The notes beneath the pieces were generated by a model that ran no database searches, was not told the DNA's origin, and saw only the letters and a list, made by a program, of their open reading frames with translations. A DNA stretch of 63,559 bases, filler included, from Reticulomyxa filosa (lineage: Eukaryota > Protista > Foraminifera): assembly GCA_000512085.1 (NCBI GenBank). It is 24 parts of 24 records of this genome, joined end to end, with 100 filler letters (N's around TTAATTAATTAA, not from the genome) between each part and the next. Parts side by side here need not be neighbours in the genome. Positions count along the whole stretch, not along the records: positions 47,319 to 49,282 come from ASPP01012303.1; positions 49,383 to 51,558 come from ASPP01002736.1; positions 51,659 to 55,051 come from ASPP01012261.1; positions 55,152 to 57,308 come from ASPP01020492.1; positions 57,409 to 58,802 come from ASPP01014095.1; positions 58,903 to 60,417 come from ASPP01020842.1; positions 60,518 to 63,559 come from ASPP01004863.1; 17 more parts are not named here. One strand, 5' to 3'. Made by a program: the position numbers and the translations under genes. Shown piece by piece: positions 48,389-61,375 of this stretch (positions within the stretch are counted from its first letter, which is position 1; each line of letters starts with the position of its first letter).

Positions 48389-49172
48389 ATGACGCAACAA
48401 CCAGCTGGAGAAAATAAGTATGATACTCTCAAGATCGCAGGCAATTCTCAAGTGTTGGCATTGTTGAAAGCTGAAGGTCCGGCAGAGGGGGGGTGGAGGG
48501 GAAGCGAGAGCTATGAAGAAAAGAAAAACATACTAAGCAAATTTGAAAAAAAAACACATGGTAAAATATGACCAGGCGAAGAAGGTGAATATTTGATATT
48601 CAGTGAGAAGTTGGTGAAGATAAACAACAAAGGAAAAAAGCAAGACCGTGTGTTGTTAATAACGAACAAGGCAATTTACAACACGAAACCTGGCAAGTAT
48701 GGCAAATCTCAAAGAAGAATCCCAATTACCGAAGTGGGAATGGTAACAGTAAGCACGACCTCTCCAGAGTTTGTGTTTCACGTGCCCAGCCAGTACGATT
48801 ATCACATGGCATCTCGCAACAAAACGGTGATTGCCGATAAATTGGCCGAGTTGTATAGTAAACTGAAAGACGGTGAAGAGTTGTTAATTATCCAGTCCGA
48901 ATTGAAACACTTAAAGGATTTGGTGTTATCTAAAAAATTGGCTGCTTATGCCGTTTACGTGTTTTTTTTTTTTTTTTTGTTGTGCTGTTGTAATAATTTT
49001 TTTGAAATAAGTTAGTTTTTTGGGGGTAGAAACTATTGTTGTTTTGGTCTCTATTGCATAGTCGACAGCTGATCACTTGGATCATCATAACGCTTTGAAA
49101 TCAGCTGCTACGGGCACGGAGGCAGGCGTTGATGAAGAAGAAGAAGACGATGCTGAAGGTGCTGAGGAATAA
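48389..49172 (+). CDS. Stand-alone myosin-I TH1 (PH-like) domain protein, 3 exons
   Basis: LIFSEKLVKINNKGKKQDRVLLITNKAIYN..RRIPITEVGMVTVST..EFVFHVPSQYDY; acidic tail EEEEDDAEGAEE*. Confidence 0.8.
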
Positions 49173-49383
49173 ATTCTTTTGTTGTCGTTTCTTTTTTTTT
49201 CCCCCAAATGTGTAGAAAAAATTTTATGGGACAAAAATTTGGTTGTTCATGTATGAGTCTGGTAAAGTTTCAAAAAAAAAAANNNNNNNNNNNNNNNNNN
49301 NNNNNNNNNNNNNNNNNNNNNNNNNNTTAATTAATTAANNNNNNNNNNNNNNNNNNNNNNNNNNNNNNNNNNNNNNNNNNNNT

Positions 49384-49418
<35 letters not shown>

Positions 49419-49444
49419 TAAAAAAATAAAAAATAAAAAAAGTA

Positions 49445-49805
49445 CCGGAGCTTTCTAATTCGGAAGGAGATGATCGGGCGTTTAATTCGTGGTTCATTGT
49501 GTCTTTGATTTGAGATTTTTCAAGATTTTCTCTCGCGGCTTGAATGGTCGTTTTATAAATGCCTTCCTTTTCCAATGACTCAATGTCTTGTTTTGATCTC
49601 AATCCTTGTTCTAACAACTCGCGTGCATTTGGCTCTGTGCCTGACTCTTCACTCTTCACAACGTCGGAATTGCTGACAACTGTGTTGTCTACAGATTCCT
49701 TCTCCTCTTCTGTCTCATTCACTGGGTTTGACGCTTCTGTTGAGGTGTTTCCATTCGCTTCTGTGTTCGCCTTTCCAATTTTTGCGAGCAAAAAAAAATG
49801 ACCAT
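49445..49805 (-). CDS. RPEL-repeat (G-actin-binding) protein, 5' exon
   Basis: LEQGLRSKQDIESLEKEGIYK and MNHELNARSSPSELESSG resemble the RPEL consensus L..KL..RP..EEL..RGI. Confidence 0.6.
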
Positions 49806-51137
49806 TTTTTTTTTAAAATTCCAACGTATACAAAATATTAACCCTTTCCTTCATCGATTGGAAAGGGTAAGAGGAAAAAACATAATTTTGCTGAGAAAAC
49901 CACAACTAAACTGTTGACGCGTTATTATTATCTCCGTTGGTATCATCCATAACGTGGTCCTTATTTTTGAAATGAGGGCTGATTTGCTATTCTTTGTAGT
50001 GTTTGCAAATTTATTTTAATTCTTTTTGTATCAAAAATATTGCCAACAAAAAATAATAGATAAGCCCCTTTCGGAACTTGCAACATACCTAACTGAAAAG
50101 TACATTATATAATGATATCACAAAAATTGATTGATTTCATCGAAATGATAGCATTTAAATGTAAAATATTTGAATGTAAAGATTATGTAGTGGCTCGCGA
50201 AAAGCAATTGGGGATAGGATGGAAGTCTTATTCCTTGCTTTTGGTGGCGATATCAAGGATTTGCAATCGCAAAGCGTGGTACTGAGGCAGCCAACAAAAG
50301 ATGGAGCACTTACACAAAAAAAGAAGGAGCAAAGTTTAACTTGCCAAATCTTTCAGTGCCCACATTACCACAATAAATGGAGTCTTCAATTGCGCTAGTT
50401 TTTGTAAGTGCTACTATACATCCACATGTTGTATGTCAGCGCCAAGTGTTGTGCGTAATCTGACGTGATGGAACGACGAGCTGCTGGAAGTTGCTGGTCA
50501 TGAGTTTTGTTCACAAACTTTGTAAACTCTTCATCTTTGTTTGGTGGTCCTGTTTCAAAAGCAAGCCAAAAAATTTTTATTTTTTTGTTGCAATGTGGTT
50601 TTTTGTTACGTTGATTATTTTGTAAGTCTAGCAAAGAAGATTCAAAGAGATATTTGTCATAAAATGCTTTTTTTCTTGGACAATATGTGTTGTATTGATA
50701 CTATTGACTAGCGAACTTCGATCTTCTTTGATCGTCCATATCGTCATATTGGGTGATGTCATGTGCATTCCAAAATTGCTTTGTCGTTTTTTGTTTTAAA
50801 TTTAAATTCTAACAAATAATAATGTTGATTAGTTTTCATTGACAATTGGATTTTTTTTCGTTAAAAAAAATAAATATAAAATAATTTTACAATGTAATGA
50901 TTTTTATATTAAAAGTTATTAAATTATATTTTCTCCATGAAAAAACAACATTTAATCAAAATTTTTTTAAAAATATATACAAATCGTGTAGTTTTTAAAT
51001 ATCATTTTGGTTTTTTATAAGTCTTTAAAATTTTTTCAAAAATTTTAATCTTTTATTTACTTAAAAAAAATTTTTTGTGGTTGCCTGATTATGATAAGAC
51101 TTGTTTTATAAAATTTAATTCAAGTTTACCGACGTGT

Positions 51138-51558
51138 TATATTTTATTTGGCTTTTTAACTGCATGTATTTTCTTTGGAATTGACTTTATTAAGGTTTTA
51201 CAAATATTTGTTTTAATTTGTTTCCATTCTGTTTCGAATTAGTTCCAAATTTCTTCAGTGGTGTTAAATTGTCCTTTTTTGTTAATGATTGTCTTTACTA
51301 TCCACCAAAGATTTTCAATTAGATTTAAATCATGTGAATTTGCATTAATTCATTTTTTTCATTTTTTTTTGTGTTAACCATTTCATAATTTTTTCCGATT
51401 TATGGCATGTTGCATTATCTTGATGAAATCAAATTCTCTTTATTTTATAAGCAGCAATTAAAGCTATTTAGATTTTGTTATAAACTTCGTTATATATATC
51501 AGTATTTACTCCACCTTCCCCTTGCAAGCGTAATCTATTCATAATGCTCCAAACATGT
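51138..51558 (-). mobile_element. Decayed Tc1/mariner (DD34E-type) transposase, C-terminal half
   Basis: FHQDNATCHKSEKIMKWL../ANSHDLNLIENLWWIVK..EEIWN*FETEWKQI..LIKSIPKKIHAV; D and E codons are 103 nt apart (105 expected for D34E); contains stops and a frameshift. Confidence 0.85.
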
Positions 51559-51780
51559 NNNNNNNNNNNNNNNNNNNNNNNNNNNNNNNNNNNNNNNNNN
51601 NNTTAATTAATTAANNNNNNNNNNNNNNNNNNNNNNNNNNNNNNNNNNNNNNNNNNNNATATATATATATTATATATTTTAAAGTTTTTGAAAGCAATGA
51701 TAAAAATAATTCTTTTTTTTTTTTTTTTGCAGAAACACATGTACGTATACATATACATGTATGTGTGTGTATTTGACTAT

Positions 51781-52790
51781 ATGACAAAGATATCCTCAAT
51801 GAAAGATAAAACCAAAAATAAAAATTTGGTATCACTGCATGCGAAAAATGCATTGAAAGTGGATCAGTTGATTCATCCATCGGATCAAAGCAGTTCTCCA
51901 ACGAACACGATGACTACGACAACGATGACTACAACGACAACAACGACGACAACGACAGCGACAGCGACAGCGACAACGGCAACGACGATGCCAAAGAAGA
52001 GTACGGCGAGCAGTCAATCATATTCCAGTATCTCCAAGCATAATGTCGCACGTCCACTCAATTTGAATACTCCATCGCAACGGCACTTTGTTCGCAATGT
52101 CAACAAGAAGACGTCCAATCACGAGGAAAAGTCTTCCTCCAATCGCGCGTGTTCGGTGAATCGAGCCAATAGTGACAAAGTGGCAAATCAGATAAAAATT
52201 AAGGCCGTATCCAAGTCCAATCCCAGCTCCAGACTGAACTCCAGACTGAACTCCAGACCCAATGCGCAGTATAGCTCGCAAAGTGCATCGGCACGAAAAA
52301 TTGAAAGGAGCAGCAAATCGGAAAAAAAAATCGTGGATATCAACAAAGACAAAAGAAGGCATCTTAAGCAATCGTCGCCGCAACTCACAAGGCCAGTCAG
52401 TTTTATCCATCCACATGAGATCCTTTACCAAAATAAGAGAGCCAATCGGAACAACAACAACACTGCCAGTAATGCTGCCAATGCTTCTGCTCTATCGCCT
52501 CAAAAAACCTCTGTCATCACTTCCAAAATGGGAAAACCCAATGTTAATAAACCTCTTTATCAGCGCCAACGCAAGGATACCGGACCTCGATCTCGCATCG
52601 GGACACCAACGCTCACCTTTGTCTCTTCTTCACAAAAGAAATTATCCAAAGATAAAGATAAAGACAAAGACAAAAACAAAGCTAAAATTAAAGTCAAAAC
52701 CAAAACCAAAACCAAAACCAAAGTCGATGCCAAGAAAACAACAACTACCAATGTAAACACTAACGTAGTCTCTCAGTTCAAAAAATCTTG
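51781..52790 (+). CDS. Low-complexity Ser/Thr/Lys-rich protein exon
   Basis: Long ORF with poly-Thr and KDKDK/KTKTK tracts. Confidence 0.55.
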
Positions 52791-53690
52791 AGCATCTAAT
52801 TCTTACTTCTTAGTTCCTTGCACTTTTGCTCTGGCAACAAATGTTTCTATTGTTTGAACAGCACGAAAAAAAAAAAAACCAAAAAAAACAAATTACTTTA
52901 TTAGGGTGGAAAATAATCAGAGCTTCCTTTCTTCCAGGCCTTTGTACATGTTCTTTCGCTTTTTTTTTTCTTTTGTTGTGTCTTGTTTTCTCCCAAAGCA
53001 AAAAATACTCGTCTCAATTTCGACAATTTTTTGAAGTGGTGAGTTTCTTTGCTGTCAATCTTTTTTTTCCTCTCTGCTCTACGTTCATAACAATTTGATC
53101 GTTACCCAATTCTGCCAAAAGGGTTGCTGTCAAGCCAAAACTGTTTTTTTGCGAAAAGAATTTTTTAATTATTCGGTGGTCGGCGTAACGCTTGGCCTTT
53201 GCAACCCATTCTTGAAAATCTTCTAAGAACACAAGAAACTATCCTTATTATATAAATTTTTGTTAGTGTCCAACGTTGCCAGTACTGCCTTACTGGTTCA
53301 AGACAAGTCTAATGTCTTTGACATAATACAGTGTCCAGGCAGTAACTGATCACAAAGATACATAGAAAGTTTCAACTGATAATGTCTAAAAAGTGACACA
53401 CTTCCCATAGTACATTTTCAAAAAAGTGCTTATTTTTTTGTTCCGTTTGTGTTTCTAATTTTTTTAAATTGTGTCGCACAAAGTTTTTCAAAAGATTATT
53501 CAAACTTACCATGTGGATTAACTAAGCAGAAGAAAAAAAATGCAAAGAATTTATCACTTCACTTTTTAGATAATCCCAAAATTTCATTTTACCGCAGTTG
53601 CTTGGGTGTGTACTAGTTTTTGAAGGCTAAGAGAAGTTTTTTTTAGTTTTGTTGTAGTTGAAAGCAACACATTCTAAGACAAAGATCAAA

Positions 53691-55051
53691 ATGGTTGACC
53701 AAGTTCTTACCCCTCACATAGCGTTGATTGTTTATGGAGTATTGGTTGGTTTTTCTTGTGGGGTGGTAACACCGTTAGTTGTTTACCATTTGTACAACTT
53801 TTGGAAGTACAGAAAACTTGAATTTATTTACCGTCGCAGGCCCTCACTAACTGTGATTTTGGCAATTTTTGTGATTATAGAAATCTGCGGTAAAAAAAAT
53901 TTGTTGTATATTTTGATAGGAAAATAAACTAAAAGACTTATTTTTTGTTGTAATAAAAAAAAGTGATTGTTCCTGTATGTCGTTATGAGTTTATGTTTAA
54001 CTTCAAAACACCGTACATAAAATGGTTTTTATGGCTGTCGTCCTCGAGACTAATCCACGAGACATTATTAATTCCGCGCTTTTGGTTTTTGTACTATGAT
54101 TGGCAGTTAGGAAAGTACTTAAATTGCATAGAATGGAAGAAAAAAATGTATTTGGGTCGGCACTTTTCCATTGGAGGAAATGAATCAAATTCGATCGTAT
54201 CAGCCGAAAAACAAAACATTAATGCCAGTCCTAATACCGGTAATGAGCGGGGGAAATGGATATTACGTCATCGGCATATGCTTGGAAGCACACACATCGT
54301 TTTAGGTGTCATTTTGATATACTTTGGTGGTGTTTTTTTTATAAGTGGCTTTTTAAGATTTACCCAAAATACTTTTGGCTTTGCAGTCATAACAGCTTGG
54401 AGCGTATCTACAACTGCAGCGCTGGTGCTCTGTGGTTCCAGAATTGTTGCTTGTCAAGATTTGCTTGAAATACAAAGTATAAAAAAACTTTATTCGTTCC
54501 TTGCTTCGTTTGTGTTGTTTGTCCATTTTTTTTTTTTGCTCACCTTGTTTGTTTAAATTAAAATAAAAAAGGGGAATTGAAAATGATTGTGGCTAATTGT
54601 ATAATTTGGCCCGTTGTTGGTGCAATTTTATTGGCGTTCTTAAAATCGCCTGTTGATTTCCAATTGTGGCAAATGATTACCACCATTGGTTTGCATTGTG
54701 TTAATGTGTTAATAATGTTGCGACCAAAGGATTTGTATTACCGTATTAATTACAAAAATTGCAGATGGCTTTGTGTACGTAGTCATTACGTATCTACGTA
54801 TAAATTCTTTTTAAAACACCCGTCACTAGGAAACGAGGTTATAGATCTAAGCCCTTTTCCGTTGGAACCTGCCAATAGCATTCACTCTGTGGAAGTAAAT
54901 GCTCAGCTTTCCCTTGATAATGTCCTCGCAGACAAAAACGGTTTTGAATTGTTTGCTGCTCATTTAGTCAAAGAGTTGTCGCTTGAAAATATTTTATTCT
55001 TGGTTGAGTACATGCAACTGAAGCACTTTATTACCCTTCATGAGTTTTGTG
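53691..55051 (+). CDS. Second 7TM-RGS protein (3'-truncated)
   Basis: TPLVVYHLYNFWKYRKLEFIYRRRPSL, several TM helices, LRHRHMLGSTH, and RGS start LDNVLADKNGFELFAAHLVKELSLENILFLVEYMQLK. Confidence 0.88.
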
Positions 55052-55209
55052 NNNNNNNNNNNNNNNNNNNNNNNNNNNNNNNNNNNNNNNNNNNNTTAAT
55101 TAATTAANNNNNNNNNNNNNNNNNNNNNNNNNNNNNNNNNNNNNNNNNNNNATATAAGCATATATGATGTAAGAAAAATAGAAGAGATTAAAAAAAAAAC
55201 AAATACAAA

Positions 55210-57265
55210 CAAGTGTCTGGCGACGACACAATGCAATGGCCAAGTTTAATTGTTCGATTGCCGCTGACGCGTCTTCGATCTTTTGGGCCAAAGCCATGAG
55301 ACCCATGGAAGAGGCTGCTCTGCCCTGACTCGAGAGCTGTGTGAAAGAAAGGAGAGACAAAGCTGACAGTCAATTCAAGCAAACCGATCAAATAAATGAG
55401 CAAAATATCCATGTGTGTTGTATATTCTTATTATTTACTATTATTATTATTATTATTATTGTTATTGTATGTATGATCGTAAACTTTCATTTGACTGGCA
55501 TTTTCTGGTAAAAGTGCTTCGTATTTGTGATAAATGCCCCACAACTCGTCAACGCATTTTTTGATGGATCTAACATAGAGATCGAGAGCTCCTTTGGTGT
55601 CGCCGGAACGTTCTTGCAGGTATGCACTGGCATGGAGCACATTGCCTTTCTCACACGAGCGTTGAGCATTAAGGATGGTATACTTGTCCGTGTTCTCTTG
55701 CAGATAGTCCAATACGCTACCCTTGTCAAACTGACATAGCAAGTAGATGTACAACTCGTGGTGCTTCATATCAAATTCAATTTTGTGTTGTTTTAGCAGT
55801 TCTTGCAATTTACGCACGTACTCACTGGACGAGGACGAGGACGAGAGGACGACGATGGCAATTGTGTGTGTGGACTGTTTTCCTTTTCTACATCCAAGGG
55901 CGATAGACGATTCGAGGACGGCTTGTTCGTGTCAGGTCTTTTCATCGCTCGTTTGCCCGAGGCCACGAGTTGCTCTTCGTGCAATCGGTTGAGAGAGTCG
56001 CTGATGGTTTTCATCAGCAAGTACTGATGGCGTTCAAACTTTTCCAAAGACGCAATCGCGTCGCCGTATTTCGTTGGCATCAACGTAAACACGAGCACCG
56101 CCGTTCGAACGGGGTCAATTTCAACCAGCATTTTCAGCTTGGGCAAGGTAAGACGAATTACATCTTGAACACCAATTGAGCCCTGAATGGGTTTCGAGTC
56201 ACCACTGTTTGCAGCCCTGAATCGATTATTATTATTATTATTATTATTATTATCATTATTGGTGTTGTTATCAAGTATGCCGTACAAATAATAAAACATA
56301 CGCTTTGGTGGCATCACAGCAATCTTGATGCAAATTGTGCAAATAGTCAAACACTTGAGATTTCATATCGGAATCACTTAAATAAGCATCAATGACGGCC
56401 TGGTGATCACCGAACAGTTTGTACAAATACAACTCCACCTTGTGCACTTTTGCTTGTTGCGACTTTTGCACCAGCTCTTTCATGTTCAACGACTTGCGAT
56501 TATTTTCGTCTTCCGTTTGCCGTCCCAACAACACCAACAGCGTGTTTTCAACGTGCTGTTTGTCCCATCGCAGTTTCTCTAGCTGTTGCTGTTGCTCTCG
56601 CAATGTCTGTTGCTCCTTCTTCCCATTGCCATTGCTTGCAATTGCATTTGCGTCTATGCTTGTCAGATTCGCGATTTCACTGAAACTGGTATTGCGCGCT
56701 GCATTCAACTTGCCTTCTGCTTCCGTTATTCGTTCAGACAACAACGACGCACGGTTAAAATACGAAGCCAGAAGCGCCGTCATCAGAGAGGGATGAATAC
56801 TGCAAACTCCAGCCACCACGTAAGGTGCACAAAACTCGAAAAATATCTCTTGCTCTTTCTTGTGTTGTATTTATATTTGTATTTGCATTTATTTCTGTGC
56901 TTTGTGTTTGAATGAAAATAACTAAATACAATATATGCATATATGTTATATGTTGATTAAACTTTGTCTTTTCCAATGGTATATTCAACCTTGCGGAGTT
57001 GCTCGACCAATTGGTCCAACATTTCCTGGCGGGTTGGAATGGGTATTTTGGGATCAATGCTGTAATCCTCAACAATGGTGACGGCAATGAGTCCATGTTC
57101 CGGCGGCGTTTGGAGATGGGTTTTTTCTTCTTCCGAACCGGAGCCTACAACCATGCCACCAAAGTTCATTGCCCATTTGGCGCTGTTCAGCACTGCCAAT
57201 TGAGCGGTGTTGAGCATATCTCGAACTTGCAAGCTAGTTCGACGATTTCGTTTCTTGTGGCATCT
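55210..57265 (-). CDS. VPS8: Vps8-like (CORVET subunit) internal fragment with clathrin-heavy-chain-type repeat
   Basis: ELYIYLLCQFDKGSVLDYL..ASAYLQERSGDTKGALDL..AIALCRRQT; also LYKLFGDHQAVIDAYL..VFDYL. Confidence 0.7.
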
Positions 57266-57429
57266 ATCACATTATATTATATTATATTATATTATATTAT
57301 ATTATATTNNNNNNNNNNNNNNNNNNNNNNNNNNNNNNNNNNNNNNNNNNNNTTAATTAATTAANNNNNNNNNNNNNNNNNNNNNNNNNNNNNNNNNNNN
57401 NNNNNNNNCTCTCTCTCTCTCTCAATCTT

Positions 57430-57462
<33 letters not shown>

Positions 57463-57539
57463 TTGTTTGGGTATTTGTAATTAATACAAAAATGTGCAAT
57501 GCACGTATGCGTAACGATGTGGTTTTTGGATTGCCATTG

Positions 57540-57987
57540 ACCCAAACGAAAATCGAACACTTGTAATAAAAGGAAACAACCACAAAGTGACAAGAATGAC
57601 AAAATAAACAAAAGAACAGCTGTTTTACCCATTGACAAATTTGTGGAGTTATTGAAACACGAGTACAATGCCTTGGTGCAAAAAGTAAAAAAGAGTCCAA
57701 GGCAATTGATATCGACGAACAACAATTATTGAACAGCCTGTTTTTAAGCCATAACAAGTCCACTGCAGCGAAAGCAAAAGGGATGACCATACATAATGAT
57801 AAGGACAATACTGACCATGTCATCGCAGCAAGTCACAAAACTATACCGTTGTGGACAAATGACAACACAGTCGTTATCATGAATCATCGACATCAACGCA
57901 AGGAAAAGGGCATCCTTTCCAATGCAAAGGTTACAAAAGCAGGACAAGAAGAGCATGACGATAGCAATGATGACAATGACAATGAAA

Positions 57988-58018
<31 letters not shown>

Positions 58019-58523
58019 CAACAGTAATGAAGATGATGACAACAGTAATGAAAATGATGACAATGACAATGAGAGCGACAGTAATGACAATGACAATGAC
58101 AATGACGAAGATGCTAGTGATAACGACGACAACGAAAATGATCAAATAGAGATTGAAACGAATGACATTAGAAATAACAACAATAATAACAACGGCTTTC
58201 CGAAATCAACAGGCAAACTAATGAGCACTGAGCGCAAAATTGCGACTCTTGTTTCAGGAACGACCAATTCATTGGAGGTGTCCAATTCGAGTCTTTCCTC
58301 TGCCAAGCCACCCTCGCCGACCAAGTTCGGACGGCCCAACGAAGATGCAGTGCCCACGACCATTTCAAGCAAAATCAAGCCATTGAAGCGCGTCTCCTCA
58401 TTACAACAAAACGTCGACCCAATCTCTCGTCTAATTGATGCACACATTCAGCATATTCGAAGTGTCTTGTGCAAGTTGGATGTTTACGGCAATGGTACAT
58501 TGGACGTCACTGATTTTACGAAG
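57540..58523 (+). CDS. Acidic low-complexity protein with an EF-hand (partial)
   Basis: Poly-Asp/Asn tract, then LCKLDVYGNGTLDVTDFTK (EF-hand loop). Confidence 0.55.
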
Positions 58524-58766
58524 GTCTGTTGTTTTATTTCAAGACACACACACATACATATATATGTCTAATGTATATATGAGTGAATGAAAACAACACT
58601 TTGCAAAGGTATACGTCAAACATGCAAAGTTGTACTGTATATGTATGTACATACACATATCACAGCATGCATCATTTAAAAAAAAAAAAAAAAAAAAATG
58701 TACAATGTATAATCACTACATAATGCGTCCTTTGATTTGTTGATAATTTAAACTCTCCAAATAATA

Positions 58767-58802
<36 letters not shown>

Positions 58803-58934
58803 NNNNNNNNNNNNNNNNNNNNNNNNNNNNNNNNNNNNNNNNNNNNTTAATTAATTAANNNNNNNNNNNNNNNNNNNNNNNNNNNNNNNNNNNNNNNNNN
58901 NNCCCCCCCCTTGCTACCCTCGCCCATAAAAAGA

Positions 58935-60365
58935 GATTGGAAGGTATGCCTGTGGAATGGAGACTTAGCCAAGTCCAAAAAACTCAAATGGCGCGCTTTG
59001 TGCTGCCCACGACGCGCATGAATATCGATTGGGATGTGCGACCGGGAATGCAGGTACGGCTGACACACAGACCATGCAAAGAACTGGAAAAAGGCTGGTC
59101 CAAAACCGGCGTCGTGCACGATGTGAAACACGACTGCGAGGTGACGCTGATATTCAAAGAGGGTACCGTGGATTTCAAGGAGGGACTAAACGAGCCAGAG
59201 CCGGAGCCTTTTCCAACGGACATTACCACTGGATTCGATATCGAAGTCGTGTGGATAGGCGTCCCTTACAAAAGAATGCGGGAAGCTGTTCAAAAGCTAG
59301 TTACTGACGAGTTTGCTATGACGGAGTATCTGCTGCATACATTGCTGGGCAATGAGGTGAAGGTTGAGAAATCCGAATATTCTTCGAATGAAATTAAATA
59401 CAGTTTTGATTACATATTTTATCTTTATAGTGTCTATATGTACGTGTACGTATACGTATATATATGTATATATATGTATATATTAATTGTTTTCTATTTG
59501 AGACGTACAAAAACTCATTTATTTAGACCTTCCCGACGATTGGAATGTTCCAAATTTACCCCCTTTGAACGACTCGCAAATTGCCGCGATAAGACATTGC
59601 TTGGAAAGACCTTTGTCGTTGATTCAAGGACCTCCCGGGACGGGCAAAACAGTGACGGCGGCCGCCATCGTCTATCACTTGGTCGCCCAAAAGAAAGACA
59701 AAGTGCTGGTGGTCGCTCCTTCGAACACCGCGGTAGATCACTTAACGCTGAAGCTACATGCAACAGGAATGAAGGTGGTTCGTGTGGCGGCCAAGTCACG
59801 AGAAGGCTTACCCTATCTTGTGGAAAATTTGATGTTGCACAATATGGTATCTATGTATGCTCAATTTGCAAAAGGACAAGACCACAAGCTGTGGAAGCTG
59901 CTCCGAAAAAAGCAAAAAAAAGGCGAATTGTCTCGCTTGGAAGAAATCGAATTCAAACTATTGTGGCGAAAGATTGAAATAAAAATACTGAATGCAGTAG
60001 ATGTCATTTGTTGCACGTGCAGCAGTGCAGCTGATGATCGGTTGAAGAATTTGGTGTTCAAACGCGTTTTGGTTGATGAAGCCACTCAAGCGCAGGAGCC
60101 AGAGTGTTTAATCCCTCTGGTCAATGGCGCGCAACAGATCATCTTGGTTGGAGATCATTGCCAATTGGGACCGGTCATCAAATCTTCCCAAGCCAGGCAG
60201 GCTTCGTATCAGATTTCTATGTTTGAACGTCTCGTTCAAACCAATATTCGACCCATGCGATTGCAAATCCAATATCGAATGCATCCTTGTTTGTCCGAAT
60301 TTAGTAGCAATACCTTTTACGAGGGCTCATTGAAAAATGGTGTCACGGCACAAGAGAGATATCAT
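58935..60365 (+). CDS. UPF1: UPF1-like SF1 RNA helicase (nonsense-mediated decay), partial
   Basis: LNDSQ..LSLIQGPPGTGKT, VLVVAPSNTAVD, VLVDEATQAQEPECLIPL, LVGDHCQLGPV, SMFERL, RLQIQYRMHP, FYEGSLKNGV. Confidence 0.92.
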
Positions 60366-60579
60366 GTATGTTTTTTTTTTTTTTTTAGTTTGTTGACGTA
60401 TAAAAAGAAAAAAAAAANNNNNNNNNNNNNNNNNNNNNNNNNNNNNNNNNNNNNNNNNNNNTTAATTAATTAANNNNNNNNNNNNNNNNNNNNNNNNNNN
60501 NNNNNNNNNNNNNNNNNATATCAAATATATCAAATATATCAAATACATCAAATATAAATGACTCATATACACCACAGAA

Positions 60580-61375
60580 TTGTTATGGATTGGGAAAGAC
60601 GATGAAGGCGACTATTCTTTGTTTTCGCTTGAAAATCCTTTGTTTGGTCCTGACAAACTCTCTTTCATTAACAAATCTGGACATTATACACATTTGGAAC
60701 GCTTGCCAGAGTTTTTCAAGGCCATCAATGTTTACTACAAATCTCTCGCTCCAAAGTCAGACACATCCAAATCTCCCCCACTCCATAGTTCTGCCAAGGA
60801 CGTTGTGAACAAATCCATCAAACCTATTGCCGAGTTTTTGTATAATAATTTGTGCTCAATCTACGAATGGGATCAACAAACCACAAAGACTACCTCCAAT
60901 ACTATAATCAGTAAGGAGCGTGTTATACCAGAGTTTATGCGTTTTATTACTGAAGGTACTTTCTCCCAAACTCTTTCTTTTTTTTTTTGCAAAAGGGTTA
61001 ATTAATTCATGTTTTTTTGAAAAAGGATTTATGATTGGCTTGCTGGAGTTGGGCGAATTAAACGTTGGAGATTTGACCAATGTTGTTGAAGATATCAAAG
61101 CGCTTGACGATCATATGAGCGGAATTGAGTTTTTAGATATGGATTACTTGAAAACGTTCATTCAAATTTGTCGAAAGTTTGTCCCGGAAGTTCAACTTTT
61201 TGAGACAAAAGACGATGACGAGAGTGAAAGTGATAGCGAAAGCGACAGCGGCGATGAAAATGAACAAGCTGAAAATGAAGAGTCTAGTGAACATGCTTCT
61301 GCTAGTATGAGCGAAGGCGAAGAAGAATTACTCATGATGAAACTTCAATACATGTTTCCAGATGAGAACTATTGA
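60580..61375 (+). CDS. Uncharacterised protein, last two exons, acidic C-terminus
   Basis: Exons ~60580-60956 and ~61026-61375 joined by a GT..AG intron. Confidence 0.55.

Noticed and set aside
50200-50780. Viral SF3 helicase suggested by 'GPPNK'
   Set aside because: No complete Walker A (GxxxxGK) or Walker B; frames are fragmented and unassignable.
1001-60517. Regularly recurring TTAATTAATTAA as a biological repeat or CRISPR-like array
   Set aside because: Always centred in 88 Ns; it is an artificial six-frame-stop linker.
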